A DNA stretch of 63,932 nucleotides, counting the filler, from Nemertoderma westbladi (lineage: Eukaryota; Animalia; Xenacoelomorpha), in assembly GCA_032718475.1 (NCBI GenBank). It is 3 parts of 3 records of this genome, joined end to end, with 100 filler letters (N's around TTAATTAATTAA, not from the genome) between each part and the next. Parts side by side here need not be neighbours in the genome. Positions count along the whole stretch, not along the records: positions 49,179 to 63,932 come from JAUCBJ010001229.1; 2 more parts are not named here. The stretch is one strand, 5' to 3'. Below the pieces are notes generated by a model that had not been told where the DNA came from, did no database searches, and saw only the letters and a program-made list of their open reading frames with translations. The position numbers and the translations under genes were made by a program. Of the stretch, positions 63,903 through 63,932 are shown piece after piece (position 1 is the first letter of the stretch; every line of letters begins with the position of its first letter).

Positions 63903-63932
63903 CCCCCTGATAATGATTAATTGTCATATCGT

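Overview
AT-rich, repeat-dense bilaterian animal genomic DNA with spliceosomal GT-AG introns and two 100-bp scaffold gaps. Five host genes are supported. (1) The 3' half of a nicotinic-type Cys-loop receptor subunit (+) has two duplicated, phase-matched exons encoding loop C-M1-M2 that look mutually exclusive, and both lack the cation-selective GEK motif. (2) A divergent single-ORF phosphatidylserine synthase (+). (3) CTCF (-, 2 coding exons, 11 zinc fingers). (4) TTF2/lodestar (+, 4 coding exons). (5) NOC3L (+, split by one frameshift). The rest is LINE, SINE, Gypsy, MITE, hAT-like and Helitron-like debris plus minisatellites. The most unusual signal is that two neighbouring conserved genes each carry a kilobase-scale tandem array whose unit copies their own exon-intron junction: about 50 copies of the CTCF splice donor and about 155-160 copies of the TTF2 splice acceptor. 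Each TTF2 unit reads GT...AG, so every junction is an AG|GT recursive-splice-like site. Gene identities rest on my recall of family motifs, not on database searches, and copy numbers are estimated from length divided by unit size.
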